58,466 bases of DNA from a virus (lineage: Duplodnaviria; Caudoviricetes), in IMG/VR virus record IMGVR_UViG_3300018914_000069, positions 1 to 58,466 of that record. One strand, given 5' to 3'. The notes beneath the pieces are model-generated. The model saw nothing but the letters and a program-made list of their open reading frames with translations, was not told where the DNA came from and did no database searches. Below are positions 20,122 to 30,588 of this stretch, piece by piece. A program made the translations under genes and the position numbers. Within the stretch, counting starts at the first letter, position 1; every line of letters starts with the position of its first letter.

Positions 20122-20745
20122 CTAAACAAAACGTTCAACTGTTAACGTAACTATACCGACCTGATTCATCGACTCCGAATAATCCACATTCTTGACCTTG
20201 TACTTTTGCTGATACATATTAAACTCCATGCCCTCTTTGATTATCTCAGTGTAGGGGAGGGTGATAAATAATTGACCGCTAGGCAAGTTGATGGTTTGAT
20301 TGGAGTCGTAACCAGCAGATTTCGAAGAACTCACGATACAAGGGAAATCGGAGTAAACGGGAGTGGTCGTGTATACTGGTCGTCCCATACTGTCAATGCC
20401 AGTTTGAGTTTTAGTTTCACCTGTCTTGATGTGGAGAGTGTTATTGCAGAGTTCGATGGTGGACTCATTGTAAACATGTTTGTTCTTTGGTTGAGTAACT
20501 ACCAGCCAGTTATCACCATTAAAAGCAACCACGTCCCCGCGCTGTATATCCACATCAATTATTATCTTCTTCAAAATTCGATTGGCAGAATATTTGTCGA
20601 TGATAACCGCAGTGTATTGAACGCCTTTGATCAGTACAGGATATCCATCAAATCCATTTTTGGCTAATTCCAACAATTTTACTCCGTCACTAAGGATCTT
20701 GTCTTTACTATTGGTATGATAGTTAGAGTAATCTTTCATTACCAC
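20122..20745 (-). CDS. Head closure / head-tail adaptor protein
   Basis: IQRGDVV..NGDNWLV and ELCNNTL; position in the operon. Confidence 0.5.
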   Translation of the reverse strand: MVMKDYSNYHTNSKDKILSDGVKLLELAKNGFDGYPVLIKGVQYTAVIIDKYSANRILKKIIIDVDIQRGDVVAFNGDNWLVVTQPKNKHVYNESTIELCNNTLHIKTGETKTQTGIDSMGRPVYTTTPVYSDFPCIVSSSKSAGYDSNQTINLPSGQLFITLPYTEIIKEGMEFNMYQQKYKVKNVDYSESMNQVGIVTLTVERFV

Positions 20746-20750
20746 ACCAC

Positions 20751-21146
20751 CTAAAGATAATCCACTTGCATATTATTTATCAATCCGTCAATGACCTTGT
20801 TTTCATATGCAATTAGTGATTCAAGGGATTTGACTTGAGACTGATAATTTCTTAAACCAATGTCAGATTGAAACGGCTGCCAGAGAGTCGTAAAGCTTAT
20901 GTGCTGGTTCTCTAAAAAGCTCAATCTCAAAAAATGGGCTAGAATTGTCAATTCATCATTGTTCAATTCCCGATCAACAATCTCACTTTGATCATCCCAC
21001 CCTAAATCATCCCTTAAGCGATTGTTGAAATGTCTGATTGCACTGTGTATTGCATCATATATTTGCATTTCATTTGAGGGGAGATTAATGGAATCAGTTT
21101 TGCATTTTGTTAAAAATTCAGTATAAATATCATCATATGTGGTCAT
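20751..21146 (-). CDS. Head-tail connector protein
   Basis: MTTYDDIYTEFL and ELTILA; position after the capsid genes. Confidence 0.5.
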   Translation of the reverse strand: MTTYDDIYTEFLTKCKTDSINLPSNEMQIYDAIHSAIRHFNNRLRDDLGWDDQSEIVDRELNNDELTILAHFLRLSFLENQHISFTTLWQPFQSDIGLRNYQSQVKSLESLIAYENKVIDGLINNMQVDYL

Positions 21147-21164
21147 TCAAAACCACACTCCTTA

Positions 21165-21647
21165 TTATTCTGCAAAAAGAACATCTTGAGGGATTCCAGC
21201 CCATTCAGACAATACTTTCAGAGTAGACACACTATCGATTTTCTCTTCTTTGGCGACTTGAATAATGAAACGTTTTTCTGATTCGACTGTGACTTTACTC
21301 AGTTCGGCTTTTAACTGTTTAACGTTACCTTTGAGCAGTTTAACCACTTCTTCACGGGAATGGGTATTGTTAACGTATGAATCCTTATCATCAATGTTCT
21401 CCAATACTTCTTTTGCTTCAGGCGTATCTTCAATTACCACCAATTCTCCATCACGGAAGCAGGAGCTATTCATTAGAAGCCAATCAACTACTTCTTCAGG
21501 GATAGGCTTGATGTCTGTTTTATTATTTTTACTTCCAGACCACTGATACGTCTTTAGCCCACCATTGGTAATAAAGTTAACTACATAAGGTGTGTTGCGA
21601 TATCGTGCAATGTTAATCATTTTCTCCATTATTAATTTTCCTCCCAT
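21165..21647 (-). CDS. yonA: Conserved head-region protein (YonA-like)
   Basis: Directly downstream of the major capsid gene, as in SPbeta. Confidence 0.5.
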   Translation of the reverse strand: MGGKLIMEKMINIARYRNTPYVVNFITNGGLKTYQWSGSKNNKTDIKPIPEEVVDWLLMNSSCFRDGELVVIEDTPEAKEVLENIDDKDSYVNNTHSREEVVKLLKGNVKQLKAELSKVTVESEKRFIIQVAKEEKIDSVSTLKVLSEWAGIPQDVLFAE

Positions 21648-21691
21648 AAATTAATACGAGAGGGGAGTTGTCCCCTCTCGCAATATTTATT

Positions 21692-22708
21692 TTACAGCGC
21701 GACGGCAGCGTCTTCTTTAACGTATCCAAGTGCCTCACCGAAGATTAGTTGAATGTCAGCTTCTTGAACCAGTTTCATTTTAATACGCTCATCTTCCATG
21801 TCTTGCTCAGTCATTTGACGGAGGCCGCCAAATTCAGTTACAACGAAAGGTTTTTGTGTAACTCCACCAGCAAACATATAGCCAACGTTCACAGGGAGTT
21901 CAACCTTATTGTTTTGATCGTTAACAAACGGGTTAACAAGATTTACGGCGTCAGTGCGTCCGATTGTTGTAGGATTTAGTTCACGAATAAGTTCTTCTTT
22001 TACACGATCCGTAAGCAGGTTTTTAAATGTAGCATCTGTTGCTTGTTGTTGAGCAAAATAGTCAATCAGAAGAGTGTCAGCAACAAAAATTGGACGACCA
22101 CCATAGCGAGCGAGGGTAGATGCAAGTTTATTGTATTGTGCCAGTGTCAGATTGTTACCTTGTAGAACATTAGCAGTCGGAATGTCTCCGGCGCTAATAG
22201 CTTTTACAACTAATTTAGAAATGTTATCCAAATACAGGCGAACCTTTGCATTTGCAATATCATTAACGAGCTTGCGGAAACCTTCTTCGCCGCCTTCTAC
22301 AATGTCAGCAGACTCATAATAGAAACCAGCAGAGAATGCCTTTGGAGTAGCAACTTCAAATTTTTTACCTTCAACACGAACGAGGTCAACGCCGGAGCCA
22401 TTTGCAGACCAACGGACTTTTGCTTTATTTTTAGTTGGGATTTCGTATTTAACAATTTGGTTTTTAGCTGCGGTTTTGTAAGAAGCAAGAATGCCAACCA
22501 TATCCGTAACCATGGGCTTGGCAATTTCATCTGCTTGTTGAACAACGAGGTTGTTAAATTGATGGAGTAGGGAAGGATCTGGAGTTACAGAGCCATCGCC
22601 AAATACGCGAGAGCAATACTCGCGAATATCGGTGCTGTCGTTTTCAACCATAGTGTTATTATAGACTCGTGTGAAGAGAGATTTTAGTTTTTTGTTATCA
22701 AATGCCAT
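21692..22708 (-). CDS. yonB: Major capsid protein (YonB-like)
   Basis: 338 aa; WSANGSGVDLVRV; strong RBS, downstream hairpin at 21658-21680; SPbeta gene order. Confidence 0.75.
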   Translation of the reverse strand: MAFDNKKLKSLFTRVYNNTMVENDSTDIREYCSRVFGDGSVTPDPSLLHQFNNLVVQQADEIAKPMVTDMVGILASYKTAAKNQIVKYEIPTKNKAKVRWSANGSGVDLVRVEGKKFEVATPKAFSAGFYYESADIVEGGEEGFRKLVNDIANAKVRLYLDNISKLVVKAISAGDIPTANVLQGNNLTLAQYNKLASTLARYGGRPIFVADTLLIDYFAQQQATDATFKNLLTDRVKEELIRELNPTTIGRTDAVNLVNPFVNDQNNKVELPVNVGYMFAGGVTQKPFVVTEFGGLRQMTEQDMEDERIKMKLVQEADIQLIFGEALGYVKEDAAVAL

Positions 22709-22740
22709 TGAACAATTACCTCCTATGTATTTATCAAATA

Positions 22741-23274
22741 TTAAGATTCAAGTACTTCCAAACGAACAGTTGGCTTGCCAAGAGTATAATCAAGATCATC
22801 TTCATCAGAAACTACGACAAACTTCGCTTTAGCGTTAGCATAATCTGCATGTGGAGTTCCAGCGGCGGAAATAATAAATGTCTTTGTTGCAGGATCGAAG
22901 TGCGCTACCTGACCATTTGCAATTTGAGTTACACCTGCATTCAGTGTATATGCAGAAGTATCAAAACGAACGCCTTCATCAAGATAAACGATACGGGCGC
23001 GTTCCCCAACTGCGTTATAGAAGTCTACCATAGCTTCACCCAAAAACCGTTTTTCAGGGGAGGCAATAAGGTAAGATTTTTTATTTACCGCAGACAGTTG
23101 TTTACAAGTACGCTCACCATCAGCGTTAAATCCAAGCTCAACAAGCGTGAAGTTCCCGATATCAGCAGTATCCACAAGAGCACCATGAGCGAGGGTGCGG
23201 ATTTTAATAGAGCACAAATTACCCACAGGATAATTACCTTTTTGAGTCAAGGTAGAGAGTTGACGAGTAGCCAT
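22741..23274 (-). CDS. yonC: Capsid decoration/cement-like protein (YonC-like)
   Basis: NFTLVELG, LIASPE.R and RARIV; between scaffold and capsid genes. Confidence 0.6.
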   Translation of the reverse strand: MATRQLSTLTQKGNYPVGNLCSIKIRTLAHGALVDTADIGNFTLVELGFNADGERTCKQLSAVNKKSYLIASPEKRFLGEAMVDFYNAVGERARIVYLDEGVRFDTSAYTLNAGVTQIANGQVAHFDPATKTFIISAAGTPHADYANAKAKFVVVSDEDDLDYTLGKPTVRLEVLES

Positions 23275-23297
23275 TATTAATTCCTCCTAAATATATT

Positions 23298-23990
23298 TTA
23301 ATTTTTATGGTAAGCCCAAAGAAAGCCGCCAGTGCTTTTTCTTTTATTATTACAACAGTTAACAATATTTGAGCTTGACAAATTTAATGTATCGGCAGCT
23401 TCTTTAATGCTGTTCCAGATAGCAATTAAAAAGCCATCCATTGAATATTGGATGACTGTAGTGCTTTTCTTATTCTGTTTATAGTTGGGCGAAGTTTTAG
23501 TTTTGATGTTAGTTAGCCTAATTTTTTCTCTTGTCTCCTGAGAAACTGTTCGTCCTTTTAATGATTCACCAATCCTTTTCTTATGTTCCTCAGATAATTT
23601 TCTTCCAAGATTAATTTCTCTTAGTTTCCGTTTTGCTTCATCTGAATGCTTAAAGAAACGCAAAGAATCTGCTTTTTGATTAATATTGTATCCAACCGTT
23701 CTATCATATGATTTTAGTTCATCCATCCAATATTGTTCTCGCAAATGCAGATTATTAACATTTTCAACTTTTTCAATCTCAACCATAATGAAGTACTTGT
23801 TATCAATATTATATGCATTTTGCAAGTGCTGATTAGTGTGATTATTCTTTTTGAGATCATTAAAGTGACTTTTCTTGCGAGTGTATAAATTATTGCTACT
23901 ACCTATGTATACTTTTCCGTTATTTAAATTAATGACTGCATAAATGCCAGCATATTTGGAGTTATTTGTGACTAATTTCCCGTGAATCAT
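23298..23990 (-). CDS. Free-standing GIY-YIG homing endonuclease with NUMOD3 and NUMOD1 domains
   Basis: GIYAVIN...VYIGSS, LREQYWMD, GYNI, HSDEAKRKL repeats, C-terminal SIKEAA...TGGFLW. Confidence 0.92.
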   Translation of the reverse strand: MIHGKLVTNNSKYAGIYAVINLNNGKVYIGSSNNLYTRKKSHFNDLKKNNHTNQHLQNAYNIDNKYFIMVEIEKVENVNNLHLREQYWMDELKSYDRTVGYNINQKADSLRFFKHSDEAKRKLREINLGRKLSEEHKKRIGESLKGRTVSQETREKIRLTNIKTKTSPNYKQNKKSTTVIQYSMDGFLIAIWNSIKEAADTLNLSSSNIVNCCNNKRKSTGGFLWAYHKN

Positions 23991-24002
23991 TGAAAAATTC
24001 CT

Positions 24003-25436
24003 TTAAAGTGAATATCTGCTATCGAAATCATTCGCTACTGGAATCAAATTTTCGCGTTTGGAAGCAAACTCTCTGACAGCAAGATTTTCATTTGGTTTAT
24101 TTTGAACCTGAACTAAGTCCACAAGCATAGTGTTGAGCTGGAGAATCGCTTCTTTACCTTCATCACTAATGTCATTCAATGATTTTTTAATCAATTCTTG
24201 AACTTCTTCTGTATTAAATTTATCAGCAGCGTTTACTGCCATAAATTTTTCATTATAGTATTCAATTTTTTCATTCAATTTTTTCTCAAATTGTTCCTGT
24301 TCGTATTTCTCTTTAAACGGCTTAAGCTCATCAATTTGAGCATTCAAAGATACAAGTTTTTCGGCAGATTCATTGAATTGTTTCGTCAGTTTATCCTTTT
24401 CATTTTGAACTGCTTCAAACTCTTGTTTTAGAGACTTAACTGTTTCGTTTGCTTCATTTAATTGAGTCTGGAGAGCTTGCACTTCCGTCACTTGAACCCA
24501 CTTACGCTCTTCCATAACTTCAACTTTCGTATCAAAGTCCACAGTGACGGTGTCTTCAGTTTTGGAATAATTAACTTGATAGTATTTTCCACCATCAGCC
24601 CATGTGTGATAAATAAAATGAGTATCATATACTTCAACAATCCAGCTATGCTCATACTCATCTTCTGTCATTTTACTGGACATTTCTCCGTATAATTTAC
24701 TACGAACATCTTCATGCGAAAGTTCGCAAACCTTTTTGAAAAATTCCATTTTTTCACCTTCCTTATTGCTTTGTTGATTAAATGCTTGGGCGACTAAACG
24801 CGTAAATTCCTTCATATCATTAAAACTCAGCAAATGTGATGAATCGTATGCAGGAAGAACAATGTCATGATCTCCCCGTTGTTCAGAATTTAATACACAG
24901 TGTCCATCATAAAATATTGGTGATTCAATATATTCAATGCCATCTCTAAAGCTAAAATTCTTATAAAGATATTCAACACTCGAAAGTATACGAACACCAC
25001 GTTGATACCACTCAAGTAGTAGGTCACATGCATCACTAAATCTAGACCGCCAAAGAACAGCATCTACTGCTAATACCTCTTTTTCTTTGCCATTTTCTTG
25101 CACGGTCATAATGTAACCCTCTGTGGTAATAACCCCTATTGGTACAGTATCAGTCATAACATCTTTTTCACCATACCTGTTAACCCCTAGGTATTGTGCG
25201 TGATCTCCAAGCGCATCGGTTGATGTATTCCCATTCTCTACTGAATAATACTTCGCTACAATCGGCTTATTTTTGAGAGTGTGAGCACCACTTAAAGCAA
25301 CTTCTTTTGAGACAATTTGATTATTCCATGATCTTTCAAAGTCATGAACAACGAATGTACAATTCAATATTGTAAAATCATCGCTTTGATTTATTGAGTT
25401 TAATTGAAGCTGGAAATGTGATTTTTTTGGCTGCAA
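24003..25436 (-). CDS. yonD: Prohead protease-scaffold fusion (YonD-like)
   Basis: N-terminal protease-like domain (LGDH, SSVEY) plus a C-terminal coiled coil; follows the portal gene. Confidence 0.65.
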   Translation of the reverse strand: MQPKKSHFQLQLNSINQSDDFTILNCTFVVHDFERSWNNQIVSKEVALSGAHTLKNKPIVAKYYSVENGNTSTDALGDHAQYLGVNRYGEKDVMTDTVPIGVITTEGYIMTVQENGKEKEVLAVDAVLWRSRFSDACDLLLEWYQRGVRILSSVEYLYKNFSFRDGIEYIESPIFYDGHCVLNSEQRGDHDIVLPAYDSSHLLSFNDMKEFTRLVAQAFNQQSNKEGEKMEFFKKVCELSHEDVRSKLYGEMSSKMTEDEYEHSWIVEVYDTHFIYHTWADGGKYYQVNYSKTEDTVTVDFDTKVEVMEERKWVQVTEVQALQTQLNEANETVKSLKQEFEAVQNEKDKLTKQFNESAEKLVSLNAQIDELKPFKEKYEQEQFEKKLNEKIEYYNEKFMAVNAADKFNTEEVQELIKKSLNDISDEGKEAILQLNTMLVDLVQVQNKPNENLAVREFASKRENLIPVANDFDSRYSL

Positions 25437-25450
25437 CTAATTCACCTCCT

Positions 25451-26974
25451 TTAGCCGCTAGGATTATCATTCCCATTTGAAGTTTTGGACTTCAAAGTAT
25501 TATCTGTTGGATCATCTGTCGGGGGACGTCCATCTCGTTCTCCACCCGTGGAAGTATAGGCACTCTTGTATGGCTTAATTTTTTCTTGTAATTGAAGCAC
25601 TTCTTGTTCGTAAATTGATTGATTCACGTATTCAGAGAAGTCAATACCACTCAATAAATCTACAACCGCTTTAAGGCTAAAGCCTTCTTGTGAATGTAAT
25701 TTCATTAAAATATCTACTTTATCCTTAAGCGTAAGTGGCGGTTCTTTATCATAAACCATCAAATATTCATCAGAAGCAGAGGAGGGGAGGATCAGGTTGA
25801 AAAGCTTTCCATAAACCTCTGTTTCGATATCTTCTAATAACACTGATATTTTTTTGTAGAAAATATCAAGGTTAATTTTGAGGGAAGCAAAGTTCCCGCC
25901 TTCACCATTTGTCAGTCCTCTTGAATAACCAAAAGCTGAAGTCACATCGCTATTGATTGAATCGAACTTTTTGGGGTCTAAAGCATCACTTTTCATGTCT
26001 GGAAATGAAATGTTTGCAAAGTCAGGGATACTTACAACAGTTACTCCTTGAGACTGATTCTTTTCCAGAGCAGTCTTGACACCCGCATGTATTTTTTTCT
26101 TTAGTTCTTTGTTTAATTTTAGATTAGAATATTCACCGTGATTTTTGTCACTACCAATTGTCAACACGGCTATTGCTGAAATAATCTTATTTGCAATTGA
26201 CTTTTCAAGGTCTTTCAACTTCTTCTTGTGTTGTAGGTCATATAAGCCAGTGAGCGACCAGTTCAAACCAAAAGACTGGTTTCTTTTAAGTGTGTGCGTT
26301 CTCAGGCAAACAGTCCGCTCTTGCGGCAAATCAATATACCGATACGTTTCAGATTTATGCTTCTGGTATTGCTCATATTGTTGAAATGTTACATGTGGAT
26401 GAAGATTTTGAAGAAAAGCTTTTCGTTCAAAATCCTTCATTTCATCTAGCCATGATAAATCTAACTGGATTACCCATTCGCCATTCAACATATACGAAGG
26501 AAAGGCTTTGTCAACTCTATCGAAAATATACAAATAAGGCTTCTTTTTGTCTCCAAGCCATATTCCAGTAAGTGTACCAACTGAGATTGTTTGAGAGATT
26601 AAATCCCTAGTCAATTGCTTATGACGCACTCTGTTCAAAGTCTTATTACACAACGCAAGGTTCTTTTCGTAATTCTTACTCTTTTCGTAAACGATAATTT
26701 TATGATTTAGGGTAGGGAGTACTCTTGCTAAATCAAACAATTGAAATACTTCACCAGAAGTTATGTAGTAGTAGTTGGCAATTCCTTCAAGTTCTCGAAT
26801 ATAGTTATCTGGATTCGCTAAATAGGTTTGGAGTTGACTAATTGAAACTTCAGTCAATATTCCATCGCTATACATTTTACTAACGAAACCTTCAGCAAAA
26901 ACAGAAGCAATTTCATTAATCGAGCGTTCGGTTTCAATATCAATTGTTGATTTGTCAGATTTTCCTCTTGCCAT
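25451..26974 (-). CDS. yonE: Portal protein (YonE-like)
   Basis: 507 aa directly after TerL; C-terminal GRP motif typical of portals. Confidence 0.75.
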   Translation of the reverse strand: MARGKSDKSTIDIETERSINEIASVFAEGFVSKMYSDGILTEVSISQLQTYLANPDNYIRELEGIANYYYITSGEVFQLFDLARVLPTLNHKIIVYEKSKNYEKNLALCNKTLNRVRHKQLTRDLISQTISVGTLTGIWLGDKKKPYLYIFDRVDKAFPSYMLNGEWVIQLDLSWLDEMKDFERKAFLQNLHPHVTFQQYEQYQKHKSETYRYIDLPQERTVCLRTHTLKRNQSFGLNWSLTGLYDLQHKKKLKDLEKSIANKIISAIAVLTIGSDKNHGEYSNLKLNKELKKKIHAGVKTALEKNQSQGVTVVSIPDFANISFPDMKSDALDPKKFDSINSDVTSAFGYSRGLTNGEGGNFASLKINLDIFYKKISVLLEDIETEVYGKLFNLILPSSASDEYLMVYDKEPPLTLKDKVDILMKLHSQEGFSLKAVVDLLSGIDFSEYVNQSIYEQEVLQLQEKIKPYKSAYTSTGGERDGRPPTDDPTDNTLKSKTSNGNDNPSG

Positions 26975-27014
26975 TTAATCACCTCCTAAAATTTAATAAT
27001 GGGGGAGAGGGTAA

Positions 27015-28802
27015 TTAAAAATAGACGAGTTCATCATCCTCGTCTACATCATTCTTTCTTAACACTTCCCTTTCGATCAAATTGGCAATGAAGTTCCCAT
27101 ATGTTATTGAACTATACCTATCTTTGCGCTTTGACCTAGGCTCTTTTAACCTAATCAATCCACTGTCTGTTCGTTCACCCTCTAGGTTGATCATCTCGTT
27201 TATTAATGAAGTAATTTGTATATATACTGTTTCATACTTTGCTTGCTGCTCAGGAGGTAAGCTTTCATACCCTTTTAGTTTACGCAAATATTCTTTACCT
27301 TCATTTTCACTAACTAGTAATTTTATATTTCCTCGTTTTAATCCATCACGAAGTAGTACCGCACACTCACTGTTAAATTGAGGATTACCTTTAATACTGT
27401 ATATTTTTTTGGGGGCGCTTTGATAGGTACATCTCTCAGCCATTCTTTCATCATTTATACATGTCCAAGGTTCATATTCAACTTGACGCTCCCGATCATA
27501 CAATGGCTGCACTAATTGATCATAAATACCTAGACCAAAGTTTTGAGTGTCTAAAACAAGGAAGTCACAATCAAGGTCTTCAAACAATTGTCTTATCCTG
27601 ATTGCTTGGGTTACAGTATGACCGCCAATTATACTTTCCATGTAGCTGACGTGTCTCTCGAATCCCTTGGAAGTTGGAATCATCCTAATCAGAGAATAAG
27701 CACTCGCGTCATTTTCTTTTCCAGCCATCCCAGCGATATCGCAGGATAACAATCTAATTTCTCCACTTTTCTTTGGCTCATATTTAAAGTTTGGCTCTTT
27801 TATTAAGCCATACATATCTTTAGGGAAAATTGGTTTAATGAGCTTTCTGTTTTTTTCAAGATCCTCAAATTTGAAGAATGCCTTCTCGGACTCACCAAAG
27901 AATAAACATTCCATCTCCATCGAAAATCCAACTTCGTCGAAGTCAGACTCTGACATTTCATCTAATACTTGTTCTCTGTCCAAAAGGTTTTCTTTGATTG
28001 CCAATTGATAGGGGAGTCCACAAACGAAATAATTTTTCAAATCAGTCATCGCTTTATAAAATGCGTTTAATTTTGCCCATGACCAGTGAATTTTATACCA
28101 ACATGATGATAAGTAAATTTCTTTATTTCGTTCTTTCAAATGAGCGTATTCATTTTTTTGTAAATATTTTGGTTGCCGAGGAGCAGTTAAAAATTTTCTA
28201 AGAACTTTATTAATGATTTCTAGGTCAATCATCCGAAACTCATCAGCAATTAATAAGTTTGCGCGTTTGCTTCGAGCGTTATCATTAGAAGCTACTACTT
28301 TTATCCAACTGCCGTTATGGAATTCTACCTTTGGATCGTTAGATGAAGTACTTAAATCGCTAATTTCTCTTTGAAGATTCGGAGAACTTTTTTTTAAATC
28401 GTCTATTTTTTCGACAACTTCTCTGGCCTGTCCTTTTGTGCCAGACGCAATAATTATTTTAGTTTCTGGATATAGAATACACCTAACACAGCAGTAGATA
28501 GCAGTGAGCCATGTCTTACCTTGCCCGCGACTTGCAAGATACATAAAATAATGTGCAAAATTCATCATATAAATTAAAATAACCTGAAATAACTTCAGGT
28601 TAATTCCTAAGTATTCTTTAACAAAACGATGAGGATTCGCACGGTAAAAACTCGCCCAAGTTCCAATTCCTTGCATTAACTTTTCTGATTTAGTTAATGT
28701 ATCCGATCTTTTATTATAATTTCTACCTTTTTCAAAAATATTATTTCCCTTATGTGCTTTATTTCTGTTTACTTGGAAATTACTAATTGAAGCCATCATC
28801 AA
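27015..28802 (-). CDS. yonF: Terminase large subunit (YonF-like)
   Basis: Walker A ASRGQGKT, Walker B LIADEF, nuclease LSCDIA, and KDRYSS. Confidence 0.92.
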   Translation of the reverse strand: MMMASISNFQVNRNKAHKGNNIFEKGRNYNKRSDTLTKSEKLMQGIGTWASFYRANPHRFVKEYLGINLKLFQVILIYMMNFAHYFMYLASRGQGKTWLTAIYCCVRCILYPETKIIIASGTKGQAREVVEKIDDLKKSSPNLQREISDLSTSSNDPKVEFHNGSWIKVVASNDNARSKRANLLIADEFRMIDLEIINKVLRKFLTAPRQPKYLQKNEYAHLKERNKEIYLSSCWYKIHWSWAKLNAFYKAMTDLKNYFVCGLPYQLAIKENLLDREQVLDEMSESDFDEVGFSMEMECLFFGESEKAFFKFEDLEKNRKLIKPIFPKDMYGLIKEPNFKYEPKKSGEIRLLSCDIAGMAGKENDASAYSLIRMIPTSKGFERHVSYMESIIGGHTVTQAIRIRQLFEDLDCDFLVLDTQNFGLGIYDQLVQPLYDRERQVEYEPWTCINDERMAERCTYQSAPKKIYSIKGNPQFNSECAVLLRDGLKRGNIKLLVSENEGKEYLRKLKGYESLPPEQQAKYETVYIQITSLINEMINLEGERTDSGLIRLKEPRSKRKDRYSSITYGNFIANLIEREVLRKNDVDEDDELVYF

Positions 28803-29728
28803 ACACCTTCGCTCTCCGTGTCTTCTTCATAGATAGGGGCTTCAACTTTATATTTATTTATTTCTTCATCATAAGCATCAGAGTATTCATTTTTTATACC
28901 TAACATTCTACAAAGATGACCGAGAAACCAAATATTTATATACTTTCTAATACCGTCAACATCTTTCCATGCGGCATCAGGCTCTGGTATAGGTCTTTCA
29001 TTTTCAAATTTTTTTATTAAAGTCCCGAATGTAGCATGCTCATTTGCATTCGCCCCTGTTTCTTGAACAGGCTTTACATTAGCAGAGCCAAGTAAGTCTT
29101 GAAGTGTTTTTAATTCTTTATCTACAGACTCATTTTTTTCGCGTTTCTTTTTAATCGTTAAACGTACTTGTGCAGCTTCTTGAAATAGCAACTCCATTGC
29201 GTATGAATCACACTCATAAGAGGTAAGGAATTTTTCGTATTCATTTTGAAGATATTCGTAGTCTTCGTCAGAATACCCTCGCCCCCAAAAACTAATTAAA
29301 GTTTGTCTTTCTTCAGGACTATAATAAATTTCATTATCATTTTCGTCTATTTGTTCACTATTATTTTGTACCACGAGTCGCTCACTGTTATCATTGTTAT
29401 GATCGCTGTCAGCAAACGTCAAACCCTTATACTGATGAAAAGAGGATAACTGCGGTATGTATTTAGACCAGTCTTGACTTCTTTGCTTCCAAAGTTCCCG
29501 TAAAAAGGGCTTGTTTAACATTGCTAATACCATTGTTACACGATCGATATATCCTTCAGATTCTTTTTGTCCTATAAACTCAGTTATACAATCTTTACAA
29601 ACTTCAAATCGTTCAGATGTAATTAGCGGATTGGAGTTAATGTAAAAGTTTGATTGAGCTGCTTTTTGTTTTCGGCATTTTAGACATTCTATCTTCTCAC
29701 TCTTAGTATTATTTTTAACCCTACTCAT
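28799..29728 (-). CDS. Terminase small subunit-like protein with Zn ribbon (YonG-like)
   Basis: CLKC...CKDC and WG.GY..EDY..L; overlaps the terL start. Confidence 0.6.
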   Translation of the reverse strand: MSRVKNNTKSEKIECLKCRKQKAAQSNFYINSNPLITSERFEVCKDCITEFIGQKESEGYIDRVTMVLAMLNKPFLRELWKQRSQDWSKYIPQLSSFHQYKGLTFADSDHNNDNSERLVVQNNSEQIDENDNEIYYSPEERQTLISFWGRGYSDEDYEYLQNEYEKFLTSYECDSYAMELLFQEAAQVRLTIKKKREKNESVDKELKTLQDLLGSANVKPVQETGANANEHATFGTLIKKFENERPIPEPDAAWKDVDGIRKYINIWFLGHLCRMLGIKNEYSDAYDEEINKYKVEAPIYEEDTESEGV

Positions 29729-29924
29729 TTCACACCTCCATTAAAAAGAGAATAGGGAAGAGGGAGGGGAGGACTACCTCTTATCAGATTTCTCCTATCC
29801 CTACTCAGGCATAAAAAAATGCCTATACTGGGTTTGAGGAGAAGGGGAACTCGTCAAACCCAGTTAGACAGCTCTTTATAAATAGGGGAGAGGGGACTAT
29901 ATGAAATTAATATTTCATGAGGAA

Positions 29925-30521
29925 TTATTCAATAATTTCATGCACAATTCCGAAATTCTTCGCGTCTTCTGCACCAAAATACCAATCTTTCAGTTGCTTT
30001 CGTTTACTGTCAAGTTGTTTTTGCGTGAGATTAGAGTTCTTTAGAATTAACGAATCATACATTTTCTGAAGTCGTTTATTTTCGACTGTTACACGTTCAA
30101 TTTCTTCGTTCTTACCATAGACCATGGTAGAGATTTCATGGTACATAAAAGTACTATAGGGAGCTGCGAAACGCTTATGAGCAGCAGTAAAGATCGCAAG
30201 TCCCATTGACATTACGTATCCATCACAATATGCATGAACAGGAGTCTTACTCGTTACAATCGCATTTACAATTCCGAACCCATCATACACTGAGCCGCCA
30301 TATGAGTTAATGTGTAGTTCAATTGGCTTTCTCTCTTCGACTGGCTTTCCCTCATCCTCAAGATTGAACTTCTTAATTTGCATAGCCACTGTGTCTAGTA
30401 CAGAAGGCATAATTTCTTCGTTTAGGATGATTCGACGTTCTTTTAAGTTCTCAAGATAAATTCGATCATATAACTGTACAGCCTTCTCAATACCACATTC
30501 AGAACACAATTTCTTTTGCAT
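29925..30521 (-). CDS. clpP: ClpP-family protease
   Basis: INSYGGSVYDG, GYVMSMG (Ser), FMYHE (His), DWYF (Asp). Confidence 0.85.
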   Translation of the reverse strand: MQKKLCSECGIEKAVQLYDRIYLENLKERRIILNEEIMPSVLDTVAMQIKKFNLEDEGKPVEERKPIELHINSYGGSVYDGFGIVNAIVTSKTPVHAYCDGYVMSMGLAIFTAAHKRFAAPYSTFMYHEISTMVYGKNEEIERVTVENKRLQKMYDSLILKNSNLTQKQLDSKRKQLKDWYFGAEDAKNFGIVHEIIE

Positions 30522-30588
30522 AAATAAATCCCTCCTTAGATTAGAAGGGCAGAGGACTGCTCATTGAGCATTCGTACCGTAAAAAGGT

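Noticed and set aside
23275-24002. GIY-YIG gene as part of a group I intron
   Set aside because: The flanking spacers are only 12 and 23 bp, both neighbours are intact and no intron core is visible.
27015-28802. Intein in the terminase (also checked RecD2 and YonO)
   Set aside because: Lengths are normal and no C...HN-C/S/T splice motifs or LAGLIDADG blocks were seen.
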